The notes: a model not told the origin generated them from the letters alone. Positions 1 through 8,499 are shown, numbered from the stretch's first letter. The stretch: 12,039 nt of DNA from Octopus sinensis (GCF_006345805.1 NW_021826745.1:1-12039); one strand, 5' to 3'. A program made the numbers and translations.

Positions 1-448
1 AGGAGATCGGTAATTCGTACAAATCCCGCCATGTTTTCTCGTTATTATGAACTAATAAACGACCCACGCGCTACATAGTTCATACATAATACGCTGTACA
101 GGATTTCTTGGTATGGAAAGTATAATTTGCGGTTTTCTAATAAGAGAGGTCGTTAAGTTAGTGTCAGTGTATTTAATGAAGGAAACGCTTAAAAATTATC
201 CAGAAATAATTATGTGGAAAGACAGATAACTCCAGTTAAATTAGCGTTAAAAATAACGCCACCGAGAATAGACACATCGATTGCTAAGTTAGTTTCAATG
301 TATGGTCATGTCAGATTGTATCAATATTTTTAATGCAAGGAAGGAATTCAAAATGTGTTTAGAAGCAATATGCAGATGAGCTTCTTGTTAGTATATTTAA
401 TCTTGCTCTCATCTTTTATTTTTTTATATTTCTTTCAGCCATTAGACT

Positions 449-863
449 TATTTCTTTATTGACCACAAGTGGCTAAACATAGAGGGGACAAACAAGGACA
501 GACAAACGGATTAAGTCGATTACATCGACTCCAGTGCGTAACTGGTACTTAATTTATCGACCCGGAAAGGATGAAAGGCAAAGTCGACCTCGGCGGAATT
601 TGAATTCAGAACGTAAAGACAGACGAAATACCTATTTCTTTACTACCCACAAGGGGCTAAACACAGAGAGGACAAACAAGGACGGACAAATGGATTATGT
701 TGATTAGATAGACCCCCAGTGCGTAACTGGTACTTATCTAATCGACCCCGAAAGGATGAAAGGCAAAGTCACCCTCGGCGGAATTTGAACTCAGAACGTA
801 ACGGCAGACGAAATACCGCTAGGTATTTCGCCCAGCGTGCTAACGTTTCTGCCAGCACGCTCT
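449..863 (-). mobile_element. tRNA-derived SINE ('family A', Deu/Nin-domain-like) with one head and two tandem ~184-bp body units
   Basis: Units 449-632 and 633-817 are near-identical, head at 818-863. Minus strand has gagttcaaattcc (B box) and gcctttcatcctttcggggtcgat. Possible decayed TSD cattagact (440-448) / cattatcct (864-872). Six more copies in the window. Confidence 0.85.
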
Positions 864-1001
864 CATTATCCTGCGGCTATGCTGGAGCACCGCCTTTTAA
901 TCCAATCGGTGCATTGTAAATGATCAGGTTCGAACACTGTACTTATTTTTTCCCTTTTTAAAGCCTAATACTTATTTTAGTAGAAAACATTTGCTCAAGA
1001 T

Positions 1002-1313
1002 TGTTATTTTGTTTGTTCCTTCTCGAGCCATGCCTGGCTCATAAGGGCCGGTTTCCCGGTTTCCTTGGCGTATAGGTTCCCCACCTGGACGGGACGCTGG
1101 TCCGTCGCAGGTTGAGCTGCAGGATGCAGGAGGAAAGAGTGAGAGAAAGTTGTGGCGAAAGTGTCAGCAGAAGTTCGCCATTACCTTCTACCGGAGCCGC
1201 GTGGAGCTTAGGTGTTTTCGCTCATAAACACACACATCGCCCGGTCTGAGATTCGAACCCGCGAGACCTCGACCGCGAGTCCGCTGCTCTAACCACTAGG
1301 CCATGTGCCTCCA
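1002..1313 (-). mobile_element. Young full-length tRNA-derived SINE (Meta-domain-like) with perfect TSD
   Basis: Minus strand: tggaggcacatggcctagtggttagagc (A box), ggttcgaatct (B box), cctgcgacggaccagcgtcccgtccagg...ggaaaccgg, then an aacaaacaa tail. Flanked by identical catttgctcaagat at 988-1001 and 1312-1325. Domain name is from memory. Confidence 0.9.
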
Positions 1314-1669
1314 TTTGCTCAAGATGTCACACAGTGGGTCTGAACACGGAACCATGTGGTTGAGAAGCAAACTTCTTACCACATAGCCACATCTGTTAAC
1401 CGTTGAAATATAACTACAAAGTGTTCCGTGGTGAGACAAACAGAGAGGTCGTGTAAAACGGCGTTAAGATTTTCAATGCAGGATCTATTTAAAGTATATT
1501 TAGAAAATGTTTACGTGGTGAGACATTAAACATTTATGTGTTAGTATAATGCGTTATCCATTAGAAAATATCTGGGAAGAATTTTCTTGAGTAACAGAGA
1601 AATAGTTAAATTTAAGTGCTGTTATATAAAGTAATGTTAATTTTTTTTTAATGTATGAAGATATTTCTC

Positions 1670-1790
1670 TCCTTGGCATTTAATCCGACCACGTCTGGCC
1701 CAAATATTCTACATGTTTTATGCTTAAACTGACCAGATCTAACCATTCACACCTACGCTACAATGTCGTTCTAAAAATATGCAATCACAC
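1670..1790 (+). mobile_element. Fragment of a probable non-autonomous DNA transposon (MITE-like)
   Basis: Interrupts the degenerate tandem repeat and resembles a recalled octopus interspersed repeat (gcatttaa..cc..cca...aaatattctac.tgttttatg...aaactg.ccagatc). No second terminus visible. Confidence 0.3.
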
Positions 1791-1802
1791 GCTGTTCGAC
1801 TG

Positions 1803-1919
1803 CTACTTATTTTATCGGTCCCCGAAAGGATAACAAGCAAAGTCAACCTAGATGAAATTTGAACTCAAAACATGAAGACGGGCAAAATGCCGTTTAGCAT
1901 TTTGTCCGGCATCCTAACG
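1803..1919 (-). mobile_element. Diverged fragment of SINE family A
   Basis: tacttattttatcggtccccgaaaggataacaagcaaagtcaacc...atttgaactcaaaac aligns to the 730-845 segment. Confidence 0.8.
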
Positions 1920-2348
1920 TTATAGAATTATGCACTGACGCAGACAGACGAATAACCGTTAAGATGGCGTTAAAATTTTTTAACGCAGCGGTGTGAGGGG
2001 GATTAAAAATATGTCTAGAAAATATTTATCTGTTGAAATATTTACTGTTTCCTGTTAGCATATGTAATATGTTAACTGTTAAAAAATGAAACTACAAAGT
2101 CTTTGTGGTACTTAAGCGGTATCATATAAAGTGGGCTTAACCTTTTAAATACAGGGACCGCATTTATAATATATTTAGAAAATATTTAGGCTGTGAGACA
2201 TTAAACGCTTTGCGTTAGTATATTCAATATGGCCGCCATTAAACATAGCACGAGAAAAAATTATTTATTCAGACAGACAGTTTAGTGTTAGGATATTGTC
2301 ATATAAAGTGGCGCTAACATTTTTTATTGTGGAAGATTTTAAATATAT

Positions 2349-2646
2349 AGGGTTGTCAGATAAATTTGTTTGATTTGGTTTTTATTCCCCATTTATTTTG
2401 ATCCTTACCGACGGGATTTGAATCAACACATATATTTTTATTGTAGCGTTTGATGTTTTGCTTCTTTTTTTTGTAGTTCTATTTTTACATCTACAACTTT
2501 TGTTTATCGCTTTTCAAATTTGAATAAATTTTTACTTCTTTTCAGACATATGATGATGGCGTGCCAAGTAGAAAAACAAAGCAAAAGGAAAAGAACAAAA
2601 AAAAAAGCAAGATTATAAAAAAAAAGAAAGAATTTATCTGACAATA
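2349..2646 (+). mobile_element. Tc1/mariner-type MITE (internally deleted mariner)
   Basis: Perfect 14-bp inverted termini ttgtcagataaatt (2353-2366) / aatttatctgacaa (2631-2644) with TA flanks. Removing it restores a tandem-repeat unit. Internal atggcgtgccaagtagaaaaa (MACQVEK) resembles a mariner transposase start. Confidence 0.65.
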
Positions 2647-2861
2647 TTTAGAAAATAAAGCGCTGAGCTGGCAGAATCGTTTGTACGTGGTCTGATCAAT
2701 AAATATCCGGACTGCTGCCATAATAACGAAGCTAAAGCATGCAGAGTAAAGCCGCTGTGTACAGATTAACCTTGAACTCTGTTGAGTATGCGCACTAAGT
2801 TTTAATGTTCTAGTTCACTTCCTGTTTAAAGCAGTGCTTGGAAGGAAGGTGTGTAGCGTGT

Positions 2862-2935
2862 GAAGTAGAGCAGAGAATCTCCATCAAATTTTGCCAAAAG
2901 TTTGGCAATACTTGCTCAGATGTCTACGCAAAGTT
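2862..2935 (+). pseudogene. Mariner transposase N-terminal fragment
   Basis: Translates EVEQRISIKFCQKFGNTCSDVYAK, matching the EQRxxIKFCxKLGxT N-terminal pattern of mariner transposases. Confidence 0.75.
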
Positions 2936-3251
2936 TTCAGAAAATTTTCATTGTTCTCAACACTATCAAGGAGATCTTATGCAACTGAAACCCGAGTGTC
3001 TTTTTGGTCAGTTGAAAGCAGTTTTAGCACAAACTTGCCAGACATGCGTCTCATACCCAAATCTTCAGTGATAATGGACTGAACTGAACCGTAACTAATC
3101 TGCACATCCTCTGATAACTCACGGATGGTGATTCGACGATTTTCCCTCACAGCTGCACGCACAAATTCGATGCTTTTCTGCTGGTTGTGGGTCTCCCAGA
3201 ACTTTTGTCAATATCGACATTTTTTTGGCTATCTTGGAAACATCTGAACCA
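2929..3251 (-). pseudogene. Mariner transposase HTH and linker fragment (inverted, frameshifted, internal stop)
   Basis: WFRCFQDSQKNVDIDKSSGRPTTS, frameshift, IEFVRAAVRENRRITIRELSEDVQISYGSVQSIITEDLGMRRMSGKFVLKLLSTDQKDTRVSVA*DLLDSVENNENFLKTL. Contains the GRP motif, second HTH and a WVPxxL-equivalent linker; ends just before the expected TGDE catalytic motif. Confidence 0.9.
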
Positions 3252-3793
3252 CATTCACTGGGATCGATATAATCGACTTAATCCGTTTGTCTGTCCTTGT
3301 TTTTCCCCTCTGTGTTTAGCCCCTTGTGGGTAGTAAAGAAATAGGTATTTCGTCCGTTTTCACGTTCAGTGTTCATGTTTCGCCGAGGTCGACTTTGCCT
3401 TTCATTCTTTGTGGGGAGGGGGTTTCGATAAAATAAGTACCAGCGAGTATTGGGGGTCAATGTAATCGACTTACCCCCTACCTGAAATTGCTAGCCTTGT
3501 GTCAAAATTTCAAATCAATATTTTGAAAATAATTAGGTGTTGAAACGTGAAAAGATTCGTGTTAGTATATGTAATACGCTAACCATAAAAGAAAAAAAAA
3601 ATAACAATAGTAACAACCAATTATTATGTGAGGAGCCAGACAGACAGATTGTTAAGTTAGTGTTAAAGCATCATAGATCAAAGCTGACTAGGGGTTACAC
3701 AACATCAATAAAATTGCTCGTGTTAATGTTATTTTCGTCACAGACCAGATGTAACAGCGACAGAAAGTATTGAAACTAAACAGAATTATATGA

Positions 3794-4135
3794 GCGGGAA
3801 GACGTGTAGTCCAGTGGTTAGGGTGCTGTATTTAGTGCAACTGCAACGGAACGTGTGATGTTGAGACTGCCTATCAGAAGCGGCTATAAGTGGTTTTTCC
3901 TTGAGCAGGTAGACAAAGATTAAAGTAAAAGAGAAAAGGCAAACCGTTTGGCATCACTGAAAGGGCATTTAATTTATTCTGTATATCTATATTCTCTATC
4001 TAAATTAAATCTCTGGTCAAGTTTTCCCTATTCATTTTTGCTTTAATCCTTACACACACACACACGAATCAAAAATATTGTGATAGTCATGGCTAGAATA
4101 CCTTTAATCAAAGGCTTTTTCGACTAGTACTTAAG
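3794..4135 (+). mobile_element. Highly decayed tRNA-derived SINE-like element
   Basis: A-box-like tagtccagtggttagggtg, then ttccttgagca, and tail-like gatagtcatggctagaat resembling gatggtcata (4451) and attgttatggtttgaaat (5567). Confidence 0.35.
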
Positions 4136-4136
4136 T

Positions 4137-4354
4137 AATCCTTTCAAATAAAGGCACAAGACCTGAAATGTTGAGGGAAGGGGGCTAGTCAATTAGATCG
4201 ACCTCAGTACGCAACTGGTACTTATTTCATCGAACCCGAAAGGATTAAAGGCGAAGTCGACCTCGACGGAATTTGAACTCAGAACGTAGCGGCAGACGAA
4301 ATATCGCTAAGCATTTCGCCCGACATGCTAACGGCCCTGCCAGCACGCTGCCTT
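4137..4354 (-). mobile_element. Full-length monomeric SINE family A copy
   Basis: Aligns to 700-863 and 10601-10816. Minus-strand head aaggcagcgtgctggcag, B box gagttcaaattcc. Confidence 0.9.
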
Positions 4355-4769
4355 CTAATGCTTCAATAATAATAGACCAAATAATAGCTTTTCCTCTTAA
4401 CTAAAAATGAAGGACACATTGAATATAGTTTGAAATATAAAAATAGACGGGATGGTCATAAGTGAAACGCTTGGGTGGTAGATCTGTGGTTAAATAAAAA
4501 TAATAAAAGCAGGCTATGTGTTTTCCCGGTTTTGATGAAAACGAGACGTTGCTCCGTTTGTTGTCGGGTCACCCTAGCATTAAGCTTTTGGAATAGTTCA
4601 AGGATAAAAGGGTAGTTAGGAGGAAATGTTTTGAAGCGGCGGGACACGGGTTCAAGTATTCGTTGGGTAATTGTTTTCAACATTGTAAAGATGCTCCCGG
4701 AAGCAATCACGTAGAAGTAGAAACAACTTCTGTTGACCTACACTCTCCTGTTTTTTTGATTTTTGAGTG

Positions 4770-4979
4770 AAAAGAGAAGAGAGAGAGAGAGAGGGGGGAG
4801 AGAATGAGAGAGAGGAAGAGTGTGTGTGAGAGAGACTAAGAAAAGAAAACGAGAGGTAGTAAGACTGGATAAAGAATGAGAACACACACATATACAGACA
4901 TACATATACAAACATACATATACATACATACATACACATATATATATATAACATATATATATGTTTGTATATGTATGTA

Positions 4980-5016
<37 letters not shown>

Positions 5017-5126
5017 CAAAATATATAAATATAACATATATAATGTTTGTATATGTATGTATGCTTATATATATATATATATATAACATATATATATGTA
5101 GATTATTATGTATGTATGTATGTATA

Positions 5127-5157
<31 letters not shown>

Positions 5158-5270
5158 GTGTGTGTGTGTGTGTGTGTGTGTGTCGTGTGTGTGTATACAT
5201 ATGCAGTAATTGTATATATATATATATATATATATATACATACGCACACATAAATACACACACACACACC
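4770..5270. repeat. Compound microsatellite (GA)n, (CATA)n, (TA)n, (TATG)n, (TG)n, (CA)n
   Basis: Directly visible. Confidence 0.95.
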
Positions 5271-5439
5271 CCTGGATGTATTTAGTCGTGATGGTACACA
5301 CGACACTCGGTAGATCATCGCTGATTTGTGCCAAGTAATTTTACCTGGAATTTGGCAAGGAATGGTAACTGCCAAAATAACAGACATGAAATAATTGGAG
5401 CGACAACAACAACAACAATAACGGCAGGGTGCTTCAATA

Positions 5440-5625
5440 TGGTCGCTGAACCTCCTAGAAATAGCAGCCTTATCTCCAATAAACCACACACTAACAGCAA
5501 CAACAACAAAAAAGTACAAGAAACAAAAATCACCGGATAATCTAATTTCTGATATAATAAGATGGAATTGTTATGGTTTGAAATGACCTTCTCAGGATTA
5601 ACCGTGGGTTAAACAACAACGAAAG
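5440..5625 (+). mobile_element. Probable decayed SINE 3' fragment ending in (CAA)n
   Basis: tagaaatagcagcc is shared with 10067-10080; ends ...gggttaaacaacaac. Confidence 0.35.
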
Positions 5626-5788
5626 CAACAATAGCATCAATTAACAACAACAACAGCAACACTAGCAGTAACAATGATAATATTAGCAATCACAATGGTT
5701 AATGGTTCGCAATGACGATGACGATAACGACGGAGGAAGTCGACGACGACGACGACGAAGGCGACGCCATGATAAATAAACGTTTGCC

Positions 5789-6128
5789 AAGAAAGAAAGA
5801 AAGAAAGAAAGAAAGAAAAAAAGAAAGAAAGAAAGAAACAACAAAAGGAAATACGAAGAGGCGAAAGAAAGAAAGAAAGAAAGAAAGAAAAAAAGAAACA
5901 AAGAAAGAAAGAATGAAAAGGAAAGAAAGAAAAAAGAAACAAAAACAAAGAAAGAAAGAAAGAAAGAAAGAATGAGAAGGAGGTAAGGAAATAAAAAAAA
6001 CAATAAATAAATGTAAAAATTGAATGAAACAAAAACAAAGAAAACTGACAGAAAGAAAGAAAAGAAAGAAAGAAAGAAAGAAAGAAAGGAAGGAAGAAAG
6101 AAAGAAAAAAGAAAAGAAAAAAGAAAAG
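5789..6128. repeat. (GAAA)n-rich polypurine tract
   Basis: Directly visible; preceded by CAA/GAC triplet runs at 5610-5770. Confidence 0.95.
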
Positions 6129-6194
6129 TTACGAAACGTTTATTAAACACAGATTAGTTAGTTACCGCAACAAACTAAGTTATAGTGAAAGAAT

Positions 6195-6214
6195 ACGACG
6201 ACGACGACGACGAC

Positions 6215-6267
<53 letters not shown>

Positions 6268-6478
6268 GGTGATGATGATGACCGTCATCATTATGGTCAA
6301 CGTCGGCGGAGTCGTCATCATCGCCATCGTCATCCAAATATTATCATCATCATCATCATCGTAATCATCAACACCATTGTCAACGTCATGGCCGTCGTAG
6401 TCGAGTCGTCATCGTCATCACCATTCTCATCACGATCATAACAACGATCATGATCACACTGTCATCATCATCATCATT

Positions 6479-6509
<31 letters not shown>

Positions 6510-6607
6510 CCATGCCCATCTTCAGCATAATCGCATTCGTCCTCGTTCTTGTCAGCATCGTCGCCGTAGCCGTCACCACCGCCGCCGCCGCCGTCGTCAT
6601 CATCATC
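6195..6607. repeat. (GAC)n(GAT)n followed by the reverse-complementary (CAT)n/(CGT)n triplet repeats
   Basis: Directly visible; polarity flips at about 6282. Confidence 0.95.
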
Positions 6608-6707
6608 AGTCACAACAATGACAAGACATGCAACAGACATTTGCAATTGTCATGAAACAGCACGTCTTCAAGTTACGATTGGAAAAGGATAATTCATAAA
6701 TTGATAA

Positions 6708-6821
6708 TGCATATAGATATATATATGCATATACATATATATACATATATATATATACATACATATATATATAAATGTGTGTGTGCATGGATGTGTATAT
6801 ATGCATACACACAACACACAC

Positions 6822-6864
<43 letters not shown>
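6708..6864. repeat. (TA)n/(CA)n microsatellite
   Basis: Directly visible. Confidence 0.95.
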
Positions 6865-6866
<2 letters not shown>

Positions 6867-7029
6867 CGGAGAGAGGATGCAGACTGTTATTACTAAAATT
6901 AGAGTAAAACATTAAATTTTATTGGAAGCTAAAAGCTTCGCGAATCGCGAGGAGTTTCACGTTGCCGATCTTCAGCAAAACTTACATATGTACATCTGTG
7001 TATGTGTATTATACAGATATAAGTATGCA

Positions 7030-7032
7030 TAA

Positions 7033-7071
<39 letters not shown>

Positions 7072-7117
7072 CATAAGTATATATGTATATACAGTATATA
7101 TATGCTTATCTATTTAT

Positions 7118-7153
<36 letters not shown>

Positions 7154-7154
7154 A

Positions 7155-7191
<37 letters not shown>

Positions 7192-7210
7192 GTCTATCTA
7201 TGTTTGTCTG

Positions 7211-7289
<79 letters not shown>

Positions 7290-7447
7290 GTCTGTCTATA
7301 TAGGTATATACGCCTATATGTATATATGCATGCATGCAAAACTCTATATATGGATGTGTATATGTATGTACGTATATATGTATACATATGTCGATGTATG
7401 TATATATAAATATATGCTCACACACACACACACGCACATACACACAC
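7030..7447. repeat. (TA)n, (TATC)n and (CA)n compound microsatellite
   Basis: Directly visible. Confidence 0.95.
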
Positions 7448-7476
7448 GAACGCGTTATAGTAAAAACCATAAAAAT

Positions 7477-7705
7477 CCTTGTGAAATACAACTACTCAGG
7501 ATTTCATGAACGAAATATCAATTTATTCCGCCATTTATCAAGACGGTTTAGCGTTTGCGTCTTTTAGTAGATGATCGAGATCTGTCAAACGTCGGTTGCA
7601 CCGAACGCAATCACTGAACCGTCTTGTTGTTTTCACTAGATTGATAAATCTCGAAATAAATTAATATTTCGCCCAGGAAACCCTCGGTAGCTGTACTCCA
7701 CAAGG
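7477..7705 (-). ncRNA. Candidate long hairpin RNA (85-nt arm)
   Basis: 7477-7561 pairs with 7604-7705 (17-nt bulge 7624-7640, 42-nt loop). 68/85 Watson-Crick; 10 G-U on minus versus 2 on plus. The inverted repeat is certain, the RNA interpretation is inferred. Confidence 0.55.
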
Positions 7706-8098
7706 CTTCTTGAGGCTTTTTTTTTTTACAAACATATCTTTACATCTTTACTCTCTTAACTGATCACGTGGTATACTACTTGTTAAAAATCAGACCACAT
7801 GATACAGTACACATGCTATAGAAAGCACATACTCAATAAGTTTTGCTTGTTCGCAGGTTCGCTGCGACATAGCGCTTTGGGGGACAACTCTCTCAAAGCA
7901 CTGGGTGTTAAAACACCTAAAAGTAAGAGAAACAACTCGTCTCCAGTTCCATTTAAGAGCGATCGATATCGATATTTCGCCCTTTTTGTGGCTTATCAAT
8001 ATCACGTACTTGAATCGTGGACGATCTGAATCGTCAGTCTATGGCTATATACAAATAGTGTAAAAACCATGCGACGATGCGTGCGTAAGATTAAATTC

Positions 8099-8221
8099 AA
8101 TTATGAACTGAAATCAGCGCTAATGTTACAAACATTATCGATCGCACGGACTCGATGTATGTGTTTAGTACGCGCGGTCGATAATGTTTCACAACACTAG
8201 CACTGCTTCTAATTCGTAACT
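8099..8221 (-). ncRNA. Candidate pri-miRNA-like hairpin (54-nt arm, 14-nt loop)
   Basis: 8099-8152 pairs with 8167-8221. 41 Watson-Crick; 8 G-U on minus versus 3 on plus. No known miRNA family recognised. Confidence 0.55.
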
Positions 8222-8239
8222 CATATATACATAGTTCAA

Positions 8240-8460
8240 ATTCACAGAAAACAAAAGATGAAAACATGTGAGCGGACAACAAGCAGGTGTATTAGTTTGA
8301 CGTGTATTAGTTTGACGGAAGACTGAAAAGGTGTTTGACGTTTCGAGCCTACGCTCCTGGACAGAAAGGATTGGGAGGGGAAAAAAGGAACAGAAAGAAC
8401 GAAAAAACGGAGATAGAAAAGATGTGTAGGGATTAAGGGTTCAATATGATGAAATGGCCG
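8240..8460 (-). mobile_element. Probable Penelope-like element terminal-repeat remnant with decayed minimal hammerhead
   Basis: Minus strand 8369-8337 cctttctgtccaggagcgtaggctcgaaacgtc: stem gagc-gtag-gctc followed by gaaacgtc, with the CUGANGA box degraded. Local 15-bp duplication gtgtattagtttgac (8287-8316). Confidence 0.5.
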
Positions 8461-8499
8461 GAAAAATGGTGAATATATATATGTAATTTGTCCTGTTGT

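Larger units (their letters stand above)
403..1393 (-). mobile_element. tRNA-derived CORE-like SINE ('family B'), internally deleted, split into 403-448, 864-1001 and 1314-1393
   Basis: Minus strand reads gtggctatgtggtaagaagtttgcttctcaaccacatggttccgtgttcagacccactgtgtgacatcttgagcaaatg (A/B-box head plus CORE-like segment) and later the tail aaaggcggtgctccagcatagccgcag. A second head copy lies at 9322-9487. Confidence 0.75.
2684..3255 (+). mobile_element. Truncated, rearranged mariner DNA transposon (left TIR only)
   Basis: Starts ta|cgtggtctgatcaataaatatccggactg, a mariner-like TIR at a TA site, followed by transposase fragments. No right TIR found. Confidence 0.8.
2659..3518 (+). mobile_element. 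SINE family A copy: head 2659-2683 and body 3256-3518, interrupted by a mariner relic
   Basis: Head gctgagctggcagaatcgtt; body is the reverse complement of the 449-817 units. TSD tatttagaaaataa (2645-2658) / tattttgaaaataa (3519-3532), one mismatch. Confidence 0.8.
130..3680. repeat. Ancient degenerate tandem repeat (~150-180-bp unit), interrupted by TE insertions
   Basis: The motif ...atatttagaaaatattta...gagacattaaac...gttagtatat...gttaac... recurs at ~327-402 (continuing at 1394), ~1458-1570, ~1966-2110, ~2120-2250 and ~2298-2348 (continuing at 2645 and 3519). Boundaries approximate. Confidence 0.6.

Noticed and set aside
719-919. Similar ORFs at 719, 3278 and 10685 (ERQSRPRRNLNSER) resembling a gene family
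   Set aside because: Antisense translations of SINE family A.
1240-1313. tRNA gene
   Set aside because: A and B boxes are present, but it continues into a SINE body with tail and TSD and lacks a proper acceptor stem.
4493-4534. AATAAA twice plus GU-rich element (polyadenylation signal)
   Set aside because: Common by chance in AT-rich DNA; no linked exon.
5270-5375. Possible minus-strand exon (ttttggcag| ... |gtgtgt)
   Set aside because: Donor falls in a (TG)n repeat and no recognisable peptide results.
6926-6957. Short palindromes (gaagct-aaa-agcttc, tcgcga-a-tcgcga); also a 9-bp stem at 46-83
   Set aside because: Too short to be significant without conservation data.
4652-7509. Many 60-205-aa ORFs (YIYI, THTH, LSIY, FFLS, poly-D)
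   Set aside because: Translations of stop-free microsatellites, not genes.
7702-7727. Hairpin plus T-run resembling an intrinsic or Pol III terminator
   Set aside because: Stem is weak, overlaps the long hairpin arm, lies opposite the favoured strand, and no promoter is evident.
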